Shown piece by piece: positions 10,048 to 19,162 of a DNA stretch of 64,000 nucleotides; the stretch's first letter is position 1; each line of letters starts with the position of its first letter. Under the pieces are notes generated by a model. That model made no database searches. It was not told where the DNA came from and was given only the letters and a program-made list of their open reading frames with translations. A program made the position numbers and the translations under genes. The DNA is from Candidatus Bathyarchaeota archaeon (GTDB lineage Archaea; Thermoproteota; Bathyarchaeia; Bathyarchaeales; Bathycorpusculaceae), in contig CAWGYA010000008.1 in assembly GCA_963826715.1 (NCBI GenBank), forward strand, positions 1,152,001 to 1,216,000, written 5' to 3'.

Positions 10048-10203
10048 GCATCCGAAATATATCTCGTTTGTCACTTTAAAGCAGGTTCCGCAGGTATCGC
10101 AGATATAGGCTTCGATCTGGAAAAAAGAGTTTTTCAGAGATTTGATTGGTTTGTCTTGGTTTTTTCCGCAGTGTGGGCATTTTTTCAGCAAAACTTGTTT
10201 CAT
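10021..10203 (-). CDS. Small zinc-ribbon protein, paralog of 2783-2929
   Basis: CPHCGKNQDKPIKSLKNSFFQIEAYICDTCGTCFKVT. Confidence 0.7.
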   Translation of the reverse strand: MKQVLLKKCPHCGKNQDKPIKSLKNSFFQIEAYICDTCGTCFKVTNEIYFGCLTNNRVTV

Positions 10204-10256
10204 TTTTTAAAACAAGATATGATGGGGGAAAATCAATAATAAGATATGTTGTCACT

Positions 10257-10385
10257 TCAAAGAACCAACAAGGGAAAAACATCCAAGTTTGCCTCTTCAG
10301 CTCTTTTGATTTTGAGAAACTTTTTAACTCTAGCCTGCGCTTTGGGCTTTAGGTCGCTCAGGAAAATCTCAAACTCTTCGATTAT
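10257..10385 (-). CDS. 42-aa hypothetical protein, ATA start (possibly mutated ATG); not in ORF track
   Basis: IIEEFEIFLSDLKPKAQARVKKFLKIKRAEEANLDVFPLLVL*, preceded by AGGTAGAGG; resembles small proteins of mobile elements (recollection only). Confidence 0.45.
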   Translation of the reverse strand: MIEEFEIFLSDLKPKAQARVKKFLKIKRAEEANLDVFPLLVL

Positions 10386-10754
10386 GCTGCAGGACCTCTA
10401 CCTGTATCTGAGTTTTCACCGTATAGATGCATCGGCACCCAGCGCACTCAAACCTGACTGTGCCTGACCCGACATAGGCGAATCGGCGAACGTTGAGGCA
10501 TCCGCATTCAGGGCAGGTCCCACCGGTGGCTCCTGGATGATTTCCCAGTGCTCCCTCAAATCGAATCGGCACCTGCAGCCCCGACATAGATAAGTCTGTG
10601 TTTTCCCTTTGCGTTTGCCGTTTCGGTAGTTCCTTTGGCTGCCGCACTCCGGGCAGGTTACCTTTGGTCTCACAAAATTACCATTAAGAACATCTTTTGA
10701 AATGATGTTGCCGCAGTGTGGGCAGTTGAATATTGTTTTTTCATGCTTGTTCAC
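10369..10754 (-). pseudogene. Multi zinc-ribbon (IS1 InsA-like) protein split across two frames
   Basis: CPECGSQRNYRNGKRKGKTQTYLCRGCRCRF in one frame, CPECGCLNVRRF...FECAGCRCIY in the overlapping frame; switch near 10520-10550. Confidence 0.6.
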
Positions 10755-10808
10755 CTTTTGTCAATGCACAAAAAAAGAGAATTTGGGTGAAATCTCTTTC
10801 AGGGCGCA

Positions 10809-10833
10809 GGTTCAAATCCCTCCCCGCCCGCCA
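10809..10833 (+). repeat. att copy 2 (tRNA-Arg 3' end duplication)
   Basis: 25/25 identity to 8570-8594. Confidence 0.9.
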
Positions 10834-11151
10834 AGTGATTCGGTTAATAATTTAATCGAATCGAAGAGTAACTCGATGCTTCTCTCTTTGGTTTTTTTTG
10901 TTAATGCTAAAAGCTTTCAGGCACAAGACCTGTCACTTTGAGAGCTTTTGCAAGTAAATTGGGGCTGGGATCCCCTCTTAAACTGACTGAGTAATAGTAG
11001 TCCCACTCCGTTTTGGAGATGAGCCCATAGAGACCTGAACCGCATTCGGTTTAAAACCTAAAAATCTCCATAGAAGGCGCTGCCATGGCTGATTACATAT
11101 CGCCATTAGGAGAAAAATCAAACTTCTGAGCCTATATCTATCTTTGTCTCA

Positions 11152-12210
11152 TCAAGACATAGGACCGGAAGTATTCAGGTTCAGATACTTGGAAGCTAAT
11201 CGCCTCATTGTTTCAAAATGCATACTAATAGCAACCTTGCCCTTATCGGTTATTTGTATGAAGGTGCGGGGTCCTCCGGCGGTTTTGAAGCCTTTGCGTA
11301 CGGTTATGTAGTTAGCATCCGATAGAGCATTAACGCTGTAATTCAAAGAGCTTTTTGAAACCTGAACAACCATCAGGAGGTCTGTAAAAGTGATTTGTTC
11401 AACTCCTAAAAGAGCAAGCATAATTCCAACCCTCGTAAAACTAGATAAAACACCTTCTGAAGCAAATTCGGAAAGACTAACATCATCCTGTTTTCTTGAG
11501 GGTAAGGGATCTGTGCTGAAGCTGTCCTTAGCGCTCAAGACTTGCACGAGCTCCTGTGGTGCTTCAAACGACGATTTGACGCCAGCCAATAGAAACACAA
11601 GAATTAGGGAAACCAAATAGGTCGTTGCATTTATTGCCTGGAAAAAAGAAAGCAGCAGCAACGTTGCAGGAAAAACTGCGACCACCCAATCTTCTATGCG
11701 CCAAGGAAGAACACTGTCCGCAGACTGTTTTGAAAAAACAAGAAAGTAATAAGATAGTACATAACCAACAAATGCAATCAACACTATAGAGCCAAGAACT
11801 GCACTGCCCGTTACTTCAAATATTGCGGCAGCAACTAAAGGCAAAAGAACAAGAGCAGTTCTTGCACTCTCCAAAAGCCTATTTAGTCTATGTCCCTGCT
11901 TTTCATGTTTTAGCTTTTGATCAAAAAGATCCATAACAAGCCTCATTTGGTAAAAACGGCTCATTCCTGCCAAACGAGCAAAAAACAAAATCCCCAAAAC
12001 CAATAGACCCACAGAAACTAGTATAAAATACAAGGACGCGGACAAAGAGACTAAAACGCCCACAAGAATCGGCACTATCGAAAGCAGGGCATAATAAACT
12101 CCAATTCCTCGTCTGGCTCTAAACCGAAAGATTGATAATGCAATATTTTTCGGCTTCTGCTCTTCCTCTTCTAGTAATTTTGCGTTGTTATTCTCGCTCG
12201 CCTTGGTCAT
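11152..12210 (-). CDS. Multi-TM protein fused to C-terminal winged-helix (MarR/HTH_34-like) regulator domain
   Basis: ~6-7 TM helices then RVGIMLALL...ITFTDL...SKSSLNYSVNAL...PRTFIQITDKG. Confidence 0.75.
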   Translation of the reverse strand: MTKASENNNAKLLEEEEQKPKNIALSIFRFRARRGIGVYYALLSIVPILVGVLVSLSASLYFILVSVGLLVLGILFFARLAGMSRFYQMRLVMDLFDQKLKHEKQGHRLNRLLESARTALVLLPLVAAAIFEVTGSAVLGSIVLIAFVGYVLSYYFLVFSKQSADSVLPWRIEDWVVAVFPATLLLLSFFQAINATTYLVSLILVFLLAGVKSSFEAPQELVQVLSAKDSFSTDPLPSRKQDDVSLSEFASEGVLSSFTRVGIMLALLGVEQITFTDLLMVVQVSKSSLNYSVNALSDANYITVRKGFKTAGGPRTFIQITDKGKVAISMHFETMRRLASKYLNLNTSGPMS

Positions 12211-12263
12211 ACTTGTGGCTAACCTTAGATTTCAAATTATCCAAGATACCTTTAAAGTAATGC

Positions 12264-12280
12264 TGTTCAAAAATTGAACA
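12264..12280. promoter_or_regulatory. Palindromic operator candidate
   Basis: Perfect 7-3-7 inverted repeat TGTTCAA-AAA-TTGAACA between divergent regulator and ABC operon. Confidence 0.6.
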
Positions 12281-12341
12281 ACTGCCCCCCCTTAAATAAA
12301 ACGCGTATTTTCTAATATACAGAACTTAACTTGAATCGCGG

Positions 12342-13271
12342 TTGCTTGATATGATTGAGACTGAGAACCTTACGAGAAAGTTCGGCAACTTGACTGCAGT
12401 TGATAATCTAACTCTTCGCGTGAACAAGGGCGAGGTCTTTGGATTTCTCGGTCCCAACGGGGCAGGAAAAACCACCACGATACGAATGCTTTGCTGCCTA
12501 ATCTCCAAGACCAGCGGCAACGCCAAAGTCGGTGGTTATGAGCTAGGTAAGCCAGAAAATTCTCTAAAGATTAGAAAGATAATTGGGCTTGTCCCTGACA
12601 ATGTGGGTCTATATGAGTCTCTTACTGCCTACGAGAACCTTGACTATTACGGGACATTATACAGGCGAACTGGCTCCCAGCGGAAAGAGAGCAACGAGTA
12701 CTTTCTCAAGTTGCTTGGTCTCTGGGAGAAAAGAGATGCTTTGGCAGGGACATTCTCAAAAGGAATGAAACAGAAACTCGCCATAGCACGAGCACTCGTT
12801 CACGACCCCGAAATACTTTTCATGGACGAACCAACTGCGAACCTTGACCCTGAAGCTGCAAAGGCAGTAAGGGAATTCATTCTTGATTTAAAGAAAGAAA
12901 AGAAGACTATTTTCATCAATACGCACAACCTTGATGAGGCGCAAAGAATCTGTGATAGAATTGGCATCTTGAATGCCAAGTTGATGGCAGTAGGTACTCC
13001 TGAAGAACTTGAACGGTCAATCCGTGGACGAAAAACTGTGATTCAACTTAGAATAGTAAGTGCAGCTATCTTGAATTCGCTGAAGAGACTGCAGGTCAAA
13101 AACTTAGTCAGGGAAGGCAACAAGCTTACAATTGATGTCGTGAATCCCGAGGAGGAGAATCCTGATATGGTAAGTGCGATTGCCGCTGCCGGAGGACGCA
13201 TTGAAACAGTTACGGTGACCAGCAGTTCGCTAGAAGACGCTTACCTAAAACTAGTGAGGGAGAACGCATAA
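12342..13271 (+). CDS. ABC-2 type exporter ATP-binding protein
   Basis: GPNGAGKTT, FSKGMKQK, LFMDEP, H-loop THNL. Confidence 0.92.
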   Translation: MLDMIETENLTRKFGNLTAVDNLTLRVNKGEVFGFLGPNGAGKTTTIRMLCCLISKTSGNAKVGGYELGKPENSLKIRKIIGLVPDNVGLYESLTAYENLDYYGTLYRRTGSQRKESNEYFLKLLGLWEKRDALAGTFSKGMKQKLAIARALVHDPEILFMDEPTANLDPEAAKAVREFILDLKKEKKTIFINTHNLDEAQRICDRIGILNAKLMAVGTPEELERSIRGRKTVIQLRIVSAAILNSLKRLQVKNLVREGNKLTIDVVNPEEENPDMVSAIAAAGGRIETVTVTSSSLEDAYLKLVRENA

Positions 13272-14005
13272 TGACCACCTGGATGCCATGGATGATAGCG
13301 CGCAAAGAAATGAAAGTAATAAGCAGAAAGAAAAGCATCGTCGCCTACACCATTATACTTCCTATTCTCCTCTCATTTCTTTTCTCACTCATCGTCAAGA
13401 ACCAAATAATTACGTCCTCGGGGGTTATCTCGAATTATTCGCTGGGTCTTGAATGGCTCATGTACTTCTTTGTTGTTTTGGCAGCTATCTTGCCTAGTTC
13501 GATTGCAGCGTACAGTATTGTGGGGGAGAAAGTGGAGAAGACATTGGAACCGTTACTTGCGACTCCTACATCCGATGATGAGATACTGCTGGGAAAAAGC
13601 ATCGCTGCATTTCTACTGCCTATCATCTCAATCTGGATAGGCGCTTCAATTTTCATGGCAGCAACGGATTTCCTAACTCATAATGTGTTGTCGTTCTATT
13701 ATTTTCCCAATTGGACTTCAGGGGTCATTCTGTTCCTCCTTGCTCCTCTTGGAGCAATATTAAGTATTGAACTATCTGTTATTGTGTCGGCGCGCGTTAA
13801 CGATGTTAGAGGAGCGAACCAGATTGGGAGCCTCATGTTTATTCCGTTCATAGTTTTCTTCCTTGCAGGCGTGGAAGGAATAATACTGTTCAGTATCGAT
13901 AACCTTCTGATTTTCTCTGGCATTTTATTGATCGCTGATGTTGTCCTGTTCTTTTTGAGCAAATCAACATTCAGGCGAGAAGAGATACTGACCGAGTGGA
14001 AGTGA
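13271..14005 (+). CDS. ABC-2 type exporter permease
   Basis: SIVGEKVEKTLEPLLATP...ILLGK motif; TAATG overlap with ATPase. Confidence 0.9.
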   Translation: MTTWMPWMIARKEMKVISRKKSIVAYTIILPILLSFLFSLIVKNQIITSSGVISNYSLGLEWLMYFFVVLAAILPSSIAAYSIVGEKVEKTLEPLLATPTSDDEILLGKSIAAFLLPIISIWIGASIFMAATDFLTHNVLSFYYFPNWTSGVILFLLAPLGAILSIELSVIVSARVNDVRGANQIGSLMFIPFIVFFLAGVEGIILFSIDNLLIFSGILLIADVVLFFLSKSTFRREEILTEWK

Positions 14006-14014
14006 ATATAGGGT

Positions 14015-14830
14015 TTGGCTGCAAGGGCTACAGGAGCGGAACATAAAAGTCGCCTTTATTTTGCAGATTACCTTAGGGCGGCACTCGTAAGCCTTGTAAT
14101 CCTGCATCACATAGCCATTACCTATGGTGCAAGCGGATCTTTCTACTATACAGAACCTGCCACTGACTCGTCTGCCTTAGGAGTGCTGTCGCTTTTTACC
14201 AATTTCAATCAAGCCTAGTTTCTGGGGCTGTTCTTCCTAATTTCAGGATACTTTTCCCCTATTTCATTCAACCACAAGGGTCCCAGACAATTTCTAAAAG
14301 ATAGGTTGATACGACTCGGCACTCCACTGCTTATATTCTTCTTTGTGCTCAACCCAGTTACCGTTTACATCGCTTTTACCCATCTGCCTGCAGCGCAGGT
14401 TGTGGCACAGGGGATTACGTTTCCTGTAGCTTGGACATGGCAGTTTTATGTTCAGGCTGTCGGTACAGGACCTCTTTGGTTTGTCGAGATGCTGTTGATT
14501 TTTGAATGTGCTTATACAATTTGGCGTGTCGCCTCCAAAAAAAGAGAAGCACAAAAAGAAAATGGTTGCCCCTTTCCGTCTTACCGCAAAATCACCGTTT
14601 TCATTTTGCTGTTGGCAGCGGCAAGTTATCTGCTAAGGAGCATTGTGCCAGCCAGTGCACAAGTGCTTGGGTTTCCCTCTTTGTTTGATTTGCCGCAATA
14701 TCTGAGTTTCTTTGTTGTCGGCGCGATAGCTGCACGAGGCGACTGGCTTCGCAAGCTGCCTAGTTCCATGGCGAAGCGAATGTTTGGTATCGCGCTTATC
14801 GCATCTGTAACTCTGCTTGTCATGCAGATA
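14015..14830 (+). pseudogene. Acyltransferase-3 (OpgC/MdoC-like) gene with in-frame TAG and missing 3' part
   Basis: RLYFADYLRA...ILHH; NQA*FLGLFFLISGYF read across TAG 14216-14218 in the same frame as ORF 14306; similarity stops near 14830. Confidence 0.8.
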
Positions 14831-14917
14831 CTTAGTCCACCACGTATATTGGACATAGGTGCGAGGCGAAATGATATTAGGAGAAGCTCAGCAAACATTC
14901 TATTGGTGTTTTGGTCC

Positions 14918-15298
14918 ATGAAAAAGAGTTTTGAGTCGATTGATGAATACATATCTTCTTTTCCGAAGAACGTTCAAACTGTTTTAGAACAAATAAGAAA
15001 AGCAATCAAGGAGGTCGCACCCAAAGCGGAAGAGGCAATTAGTTATAACATGCCTGCGTTCAAGCTGAATGGCAATTTAGTCTGGTTTGGAGCCTTCAAA
15101 AATCACATTGGTTTCTATCCGCGGGAATCGGCTATCGAGGAGTTCAAAGAAAAACTGTCAGGTTACGCAGTGAGCAAGGTCCGGGGCACCATCAAATTTC
15201 CATTGGACAAGCCAATGCCATTAGATTTGATAAAGGAAATGGTAAAGTTCAGAGTAAAGGAAAACCTGAAAGAGACAAGCGGTTCCAAATATTCATGA
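14918..15298 (+). CDS. DUF1801 (YdhG-like) protein
   Basis: MKKSFESIDEYISSFP...AEEAISYNMPAF...KNHIGFYP; own ATG at 14918. Confidence 0.85.
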   Translation: MKKSFESIDEYISSFPKNVQTVLEQIRKAIKEVAPKAEEAISYNMPAFKLNGNLVWFGAFKNHIGFYPRESAIEEFKEKLSGYAVSKVRGTIKFPLDKPMPLDLIKEMVKFRVKENLKETSGSKYS

Positions 15299-15330
15299 TT
15301 CCAAATTAGACTTGACCAATCTCCATATTA

Positions 15331-15729
15331 CTACCTGTACACCATCTGTGTGATCTGTATTAGATTACCACAGGTGTCATCCAGGACTGCGATGGTAGAA
15401 GGGGTACCCGGTAGCTTTGTTGGCTCTATGGTAAACTTCACGCCAAGCTTTTTCAATCGTTCATACTCTTTTTGAATATCATCCACAATAAAGTTGGTTG
15501 CCCGAATACCCTGCTTGAAAAGAGCTTCTTGGTATGCCTTTGCAGCCGGGTTTTCGTTTGGCTCAAGAACTAACTCGACACCATCCTGGTCTTCAGGCGA
15601 AGTAACAGTCAACCACCTGTATTTTCCTGCTGTTATATCTGCCTTTTTTACAAAACCAAGGGTCTCAGTATAAAACTTTAATGCTTTGCCCTGATCACTA
15701 ACGTATACGCTAGTATATTTAATCCGCAT
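15331..15729 (-). CDS. VOC/glyoxalase family protein
   Basis: SVYVSDQGKALKFYTETLGF...DDTCGNLIQI. Confidence 0.9.
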   Translation of the reverse strand: MRIKYTSVYVSDQGKALKFYTETLGFVKKADITAGKYRWLTVTSPEDQDGVELVLEPNENPAAKAYQEALFKQGIRATNFIVDDIQKEYERLKKLGVKFTIEPTKLPGTPSTIAVLDDTCGNLIQITQMVYR

Positions 15730-16065
15730 AAAAACACCACTTATAGCTTAACGTTCTTAAAATTAATAATCTTTGCGCTAAGTTATCGGGAAGTCAAGCT
15801 TACCTCACTTAACGCGCTTCAGACGGTTTGGGCTATGTCAGCAATGGCTTCAAAAAAATTTTTGTTGGCAAATTGGAGCTCGGATCCCCCACCCGGCGCC
15901 ATTTTACCAGCTATGGCTGTTTTTGAGCTTATTTTTTCGGGGCAATCTTGCACCGACCGACTCCAACCAAAATGACATCCGTTATCTTGGTTTTAAATGA
16001 CTAAATTATACAAACCAGTGCATTAAAAGCCAGTATTGTAGGAACAGCTGTTATGCTAAAAGTTT

Positions 16066-16818
16066 TCAGAGCTGTGTTTCTTCGCTTAGCATTATAGCGA
16101 GGAGGCGTTTTTCTGCTCTTCTTAAATGCACTGCCAAGGTGGAGCTTGCTAAGCCAAGTTTTGCCGCAAGCTGTTCCACGTTTACCTTTCTGGGTGTATC
16201 AAAATATCCAAGTTTAAACGCTAAGTTGATGGCCTCTCTTTGTTTTTCCGTTAAACGGCTAATAAGTGAGCTGGGAGAGAATCTTGCATCCATAAGCGAG
16301 ATTACTTTATAGCGCAGACCAAAGGTGTTGAATGTCTCAAGTAGTTCTTTGACCTGTCTGCTATCGCCCAGCAAAGTATACCGGAATTTTCCCTCCTTGA
16401 AACTGAACGGGGGTACCGGATACATGATTTTTTTGCTATCTGTTTCTATGCTTGGACTGGGTAGTTTACCTTTAACAAAATAAGTGTATGCGCCTTCTTT
16501 TTCCTTCTCTAAAAGCTGAAGTTTGCCATTGGCAATCTCAAGTATGCTGCTGATAACGTCTTCAACGTTGTCAGAGGAATGTTTGGTTTCAACTTTGATT
16601 ATGGCTGCAAATCCGTCTTGGTCAAACCTGAGAAGATGTTGCATCTCTAACTTCTTGACTTTCTGCAACATCTTAACCGCATTCAACCCTTGCAACTCAG
16701 AAAATGACTGCTGACCTGAAGACTCTGTTGTGGTTTTTCCAAATCTCTTCAGATTTGCCTCTTTCAGATTTCTACCTAAGTCCTTAAGTGATAACTCCAT
16801 AACAAGCTTGCGCAACAT
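16066..16818 (-). CDS. HTH_10 (Bat-like) transcriptional regulator
   Basis: LTEKQREAINLAFKLGYFDTPRK...LAAKLGLASSTLAVHLRRAE. Confidence 0.9.
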   Translation of the reverse strand: MLRKLVMELSLKDLGRNLKEANLKRFGKTTTESSGQQSFSELQGLNAVKMLQKVKKLEMQHLLRFDQDGFAAIIKVETKHSSDNVEDVISSILEIANGKLQLLEKEKEGAYTYFVKGKLPSPSIETDSKKIMYPVPPFSFKEGKFRYTLLGDSRQVKELLETFNTFGLRYKVISLMDARFSPSSLISRLTEKQREAINLAFKLGYFDTPRKVNVEQLAAKLGLASSTLAVHLRRAEKRLLAIMLSEETQL

Positions 16819-16915
16819 ATACAGTTATAGTTCACGCCTAAATATATCATAAAAGGCGAGCATATTCGCTAAAACCTTAATCTGAAGCCCTGCCATAATA
16901 TGGAGCTAACTGAAG

Positions 16916-17626
16916 TTGAAAAACATGCAACAAAGATTATCACACCATGCAAATCTTGTCAGACTTGGGGCATTGGCTGGCATGCTTGGGTCGGCCTTTT
17001 TCGTAGTAGTATTTACAATTGAAGGTTGGCTGCGCGTTGGTTATAATCCTTTTGCAATGTATGTGAGTGAGCTATCTTTAGGTTCTAGTGGTGGGATCCA
17101 AATTGCAAATTTTATAATTTCTGGTGTTCTATTGCTTGTCTTCGCCTTTGGGGTTGCCGCTGAGTTTAAGGGTGGCAAATCATCTAAATCTGGTCCTATC
17201 CTTCTGGCGGTTATTGGGTTTTGCCTTCTGTTTTCAGGACCTTTTGTTATGGACTCTGCAAGTACCTCATTTGGACAGATGAGTTTGCACGGAATAGTAC
17301 ATCAGCTTTTAGGTGCATTCGTGTTCCTGTTAATGCCAATAAGCTGCTTTGTGTTCTGGCGACGCTTCCGTAGCGACCCCAAATGGCAACCGCTCAAATT
17401 TTGGACCCTCGCCGCGACTATAATCATCGTCGCTGCTGTAATCGTTCTGCGTATTGGTCCTGCAGTGCCACCGGCAGCCCCAAATGCCTTCAACGATTGG
17501 GCTGGTCTAATCCAGCGAGCAGCCCTTATCCCATATATGGTTTGGATATTCACCTTTGCCCTAGCAATCTATAAGAAAACAATCAAGATTCGTCTTCCTA
17601 AAGGTTCGCTCAATGAAAAAAGCTAA
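16916..17626 (+). CDS. DUF998 family membrane protein
   Basis: GYNPFAMYVSELSLG, conserved H (GIVHQ), AGLIQR; ~6 TM. Confidence 0.8.
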   Translation: MKNMQQRLSHHANLVRLGALAGMLGSAFFVVVFTIEGWLRVGYNPFAMYVSELSLGSSGGIQIANFIISGVLLLVFAFGVAAEFKGGKSSKSGPILLAVIGFCLLFSGPFVMDSASTSFGQMSLHGIVHQLLGAFVFLLMPISCFVFWRRFRSDPKWQPLKFWTLAATIIIVAAVIVLRIGPAVPPAAPNAFNDWAGLIQRAALIPYMVWIFTFALAIYKKTIKIRLPKGSLNEKS

Positions 17627-17734
17627 AGTTACATTGAGAAAGCATTTTTACGTCCAGTTCATTTTACTAACCTTACTCGATATTTTTAGTGCAAAAATTT
17701 AGTAAACAGAGATTCGCTTAAATAATTAAGCGTG

Positions 17735-17751
17735 TCCCTCCCCGCCCGACA
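17735..17751 (+). repeat. att copy 3 (degenerate tRNA-Arg 3' end)
   Basis: TCCCTCCCCGCCCGACA, 16/17 match to 8578-8594. Confidence 0.75.
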
Positions 17752-17809
17752 CAGATGATATCCGCCCTTTTTGGGGGTTAAAACGTTCGGGTTTATACAA
17801 AACGTGAGG

Positions 17810-17886
17810 GTTTTGCCACTTGAATTTTTGAACACTTTATTACCGTTAAAATTGCAAACAAACTCAAAATCAGATTCTACAAGTAG
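17810..17886 (-). pseudogene. Second, older integrase C-terminal remnant
   Basis: Translates VESDFEFVCNFNGNKVFKNS, matching IEAGFEFVCDFGSNKVFKKRK at 8630; same position and orientation relative to its att copy. Confidence 0.7.
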
Positions 17887-17970
17887 GTTAGCTCTGACTT
17901 GTTGTATCCTTTTGCAATCACAGATGTTATTATTCGACCTTTTGGTATTTGTTTGTGGAGAATAAATTAA

Positions 17971-18177
17971 ATGACTGTTGTAAAAATAATTGAGTTAATA
18001 GGGACTTCACCCAATGGGTGGGAAGATGCAACTAAGAATGCTTTGGCGCAAGCGGCAAAGAGTGTTAAAAACATTAAATCAATTTATGTTAAAAGCTGTA
18101 AGGCAAATGTAGAGAATAACCAAATTGTACAATATCGGGCGGTCGTCAAAATAGCATTCGTAGTTGATGGCAGCTAA
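17971..18177 (+). CDS. Dodecin family protein
   Basis: VVKIIELIGTSPNGWEDA...YRAVVKIAF, 68 aa. Confidence 0.9.
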   Translation: MTVVKIIELIGTSPNGWEDATKNALAQAAKSVKNIKSIYVKSCKANVENNQIVQYRAVVKIAFVVDGS

Positions 18178-18285
18178 GGCTACTAACTATGCTAATTTTC
18201 TTGTCTTATTCTGTGACTCCTTAGTTTAGTTGAATGCCTCATTCTGTAATTATTTTGCTATTCAGGTTCTGGCTTTTCTGTGGCT

Positions 18286-18480
18286 CTACAAAATCGTTTG
18301 TACTCTGCCGACTTTGCCGTCTGTTAAGCGAACTTTGATTCCATGCGGATGTGTTGGGCTGCTTGTAAGGATTTCTTTGACTATACCCTCGGTTAGCGTG
18401 CCGCTTCGCTGATGCTGTTTTAAAACGATTTTCACTTGAGCGCCTAATTTTATTTGGGCTCTCAGCTGATTAGGTTGCAT
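18286..18480 (-). CDS. YwbE/DUF2196 family protein
   Basis: SGTLTEGIVKEILTSSPTHPHGIKVRLTDGKVGRV. Confidence 0.9.
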   Translation of the reverse strand: MQPNQLRAQIKLGAQVKIVLKQHQRSGTLTEGIVKEILTSSPTHPHGIKVRLTDGKVGRVQTIL

Positions 18481-18666
18481 TCTACATGATGGTTACTCCG
18501 CTGCTTATAGTGCATTCGCATGTTTTTGTTTCCACGCCGCAAAAAAGTTGTTTGCAATGATTATTCGTATCTTCAATGCGATAAAATCGAATTAGAAGCC
18601 TTAAAAGGATAAAATGAGAATTAGATGCGGAAGATTTAAGCCTAATCTTTCCAGTTAAGACAAAAA

Positions 18667-18918
18667 GTGTGGTTTGCTATGGTCCATAGAAGAGTTAGAG
18701 GTGGAAAATTCAAGATTAATTATGAAAAGAAGCTGCCTCCTGTTGCTTTGGGTGACGAGTTGGAAGTGAACATAACTGATTTGTGTCCCAATGGTGATGG
18801 GCAGTCTAAAATTAAGGGTTATATTATAATGGTGCCGAAAGCAAAGCCCCGTGATTGTGTGAAAATAAAGTTGGTTCAGGTAGGCGAAAAAGCGGCTGTT
18901 GGCGAAATAATTAGGTAG
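18667..18918 (+). CDS. Stand-alone TRAM-domain RNA-binding protein
   Basis: PPVALGDELEVNITDL...GDG...IKGYIIMVP...AVGEII. Confidence 0.85.
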   Translation: MWFAMVHRRVRGGKFKINYEKKLPPVALGDELEVNITDLCPNGDGQSKIKGYIIMVPKAKPRDCVKIKLVQVGEKAAVGEIIR

Positions 18919-19162
18919 CTTTTTAGTCGTTTATTTGTTGGCTATGAATTTGCGGTTACTTTTGCTACAAATGTATTCTTCAATTTCTGAATCGTTTCTG
19001 TGTAGATTAGTTAGTTTGCTGTCTTTGTTTGCGCAATCTTGTCCCTAAGCATTTGTTCATCCACAAAAATTTCAAATTTAGCTTATGACTTTTTCCATTT
19101 CGAAATGTAATTACAAATTTGATATACCCACTGCTTAGTGGGGCTTACAAACCGACTTCAAG

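Larger units (their letters stand above)
8570..10833. mobile_element. Degenerate integrative element 1 in tRNA-Arg 3' end
   Basis: Bounded by identical 25-bp GGTTCAAATCCCTCCCCGCCCGCCA at 8570-8594 and 10809-10833; integrase remnant next to the tRNA. Confidence 0.85.
10834..17751. mobile_element. Putative integrative element 2 carrying transport/detoxification cargo
   Basis: Lies between att copies 2 and 3; contains a disrupted gene; no intact integrase. Confidence 0.6.

Noticed and set aside
10836-10862. 11-bp hairpin GATTCGGTTAA-TAAT-TTAATCGAATC right after att copy 2
   Set aside because: Single occurrence; cannot tell terminator, binding site or chance apart
14306-15298. Apparent novel acyltransferase-DUF1801 fusion protein
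   Set aside because: Acyltransferase part is broken at both ends and DUF1801 has its own ATG; accidental read-through
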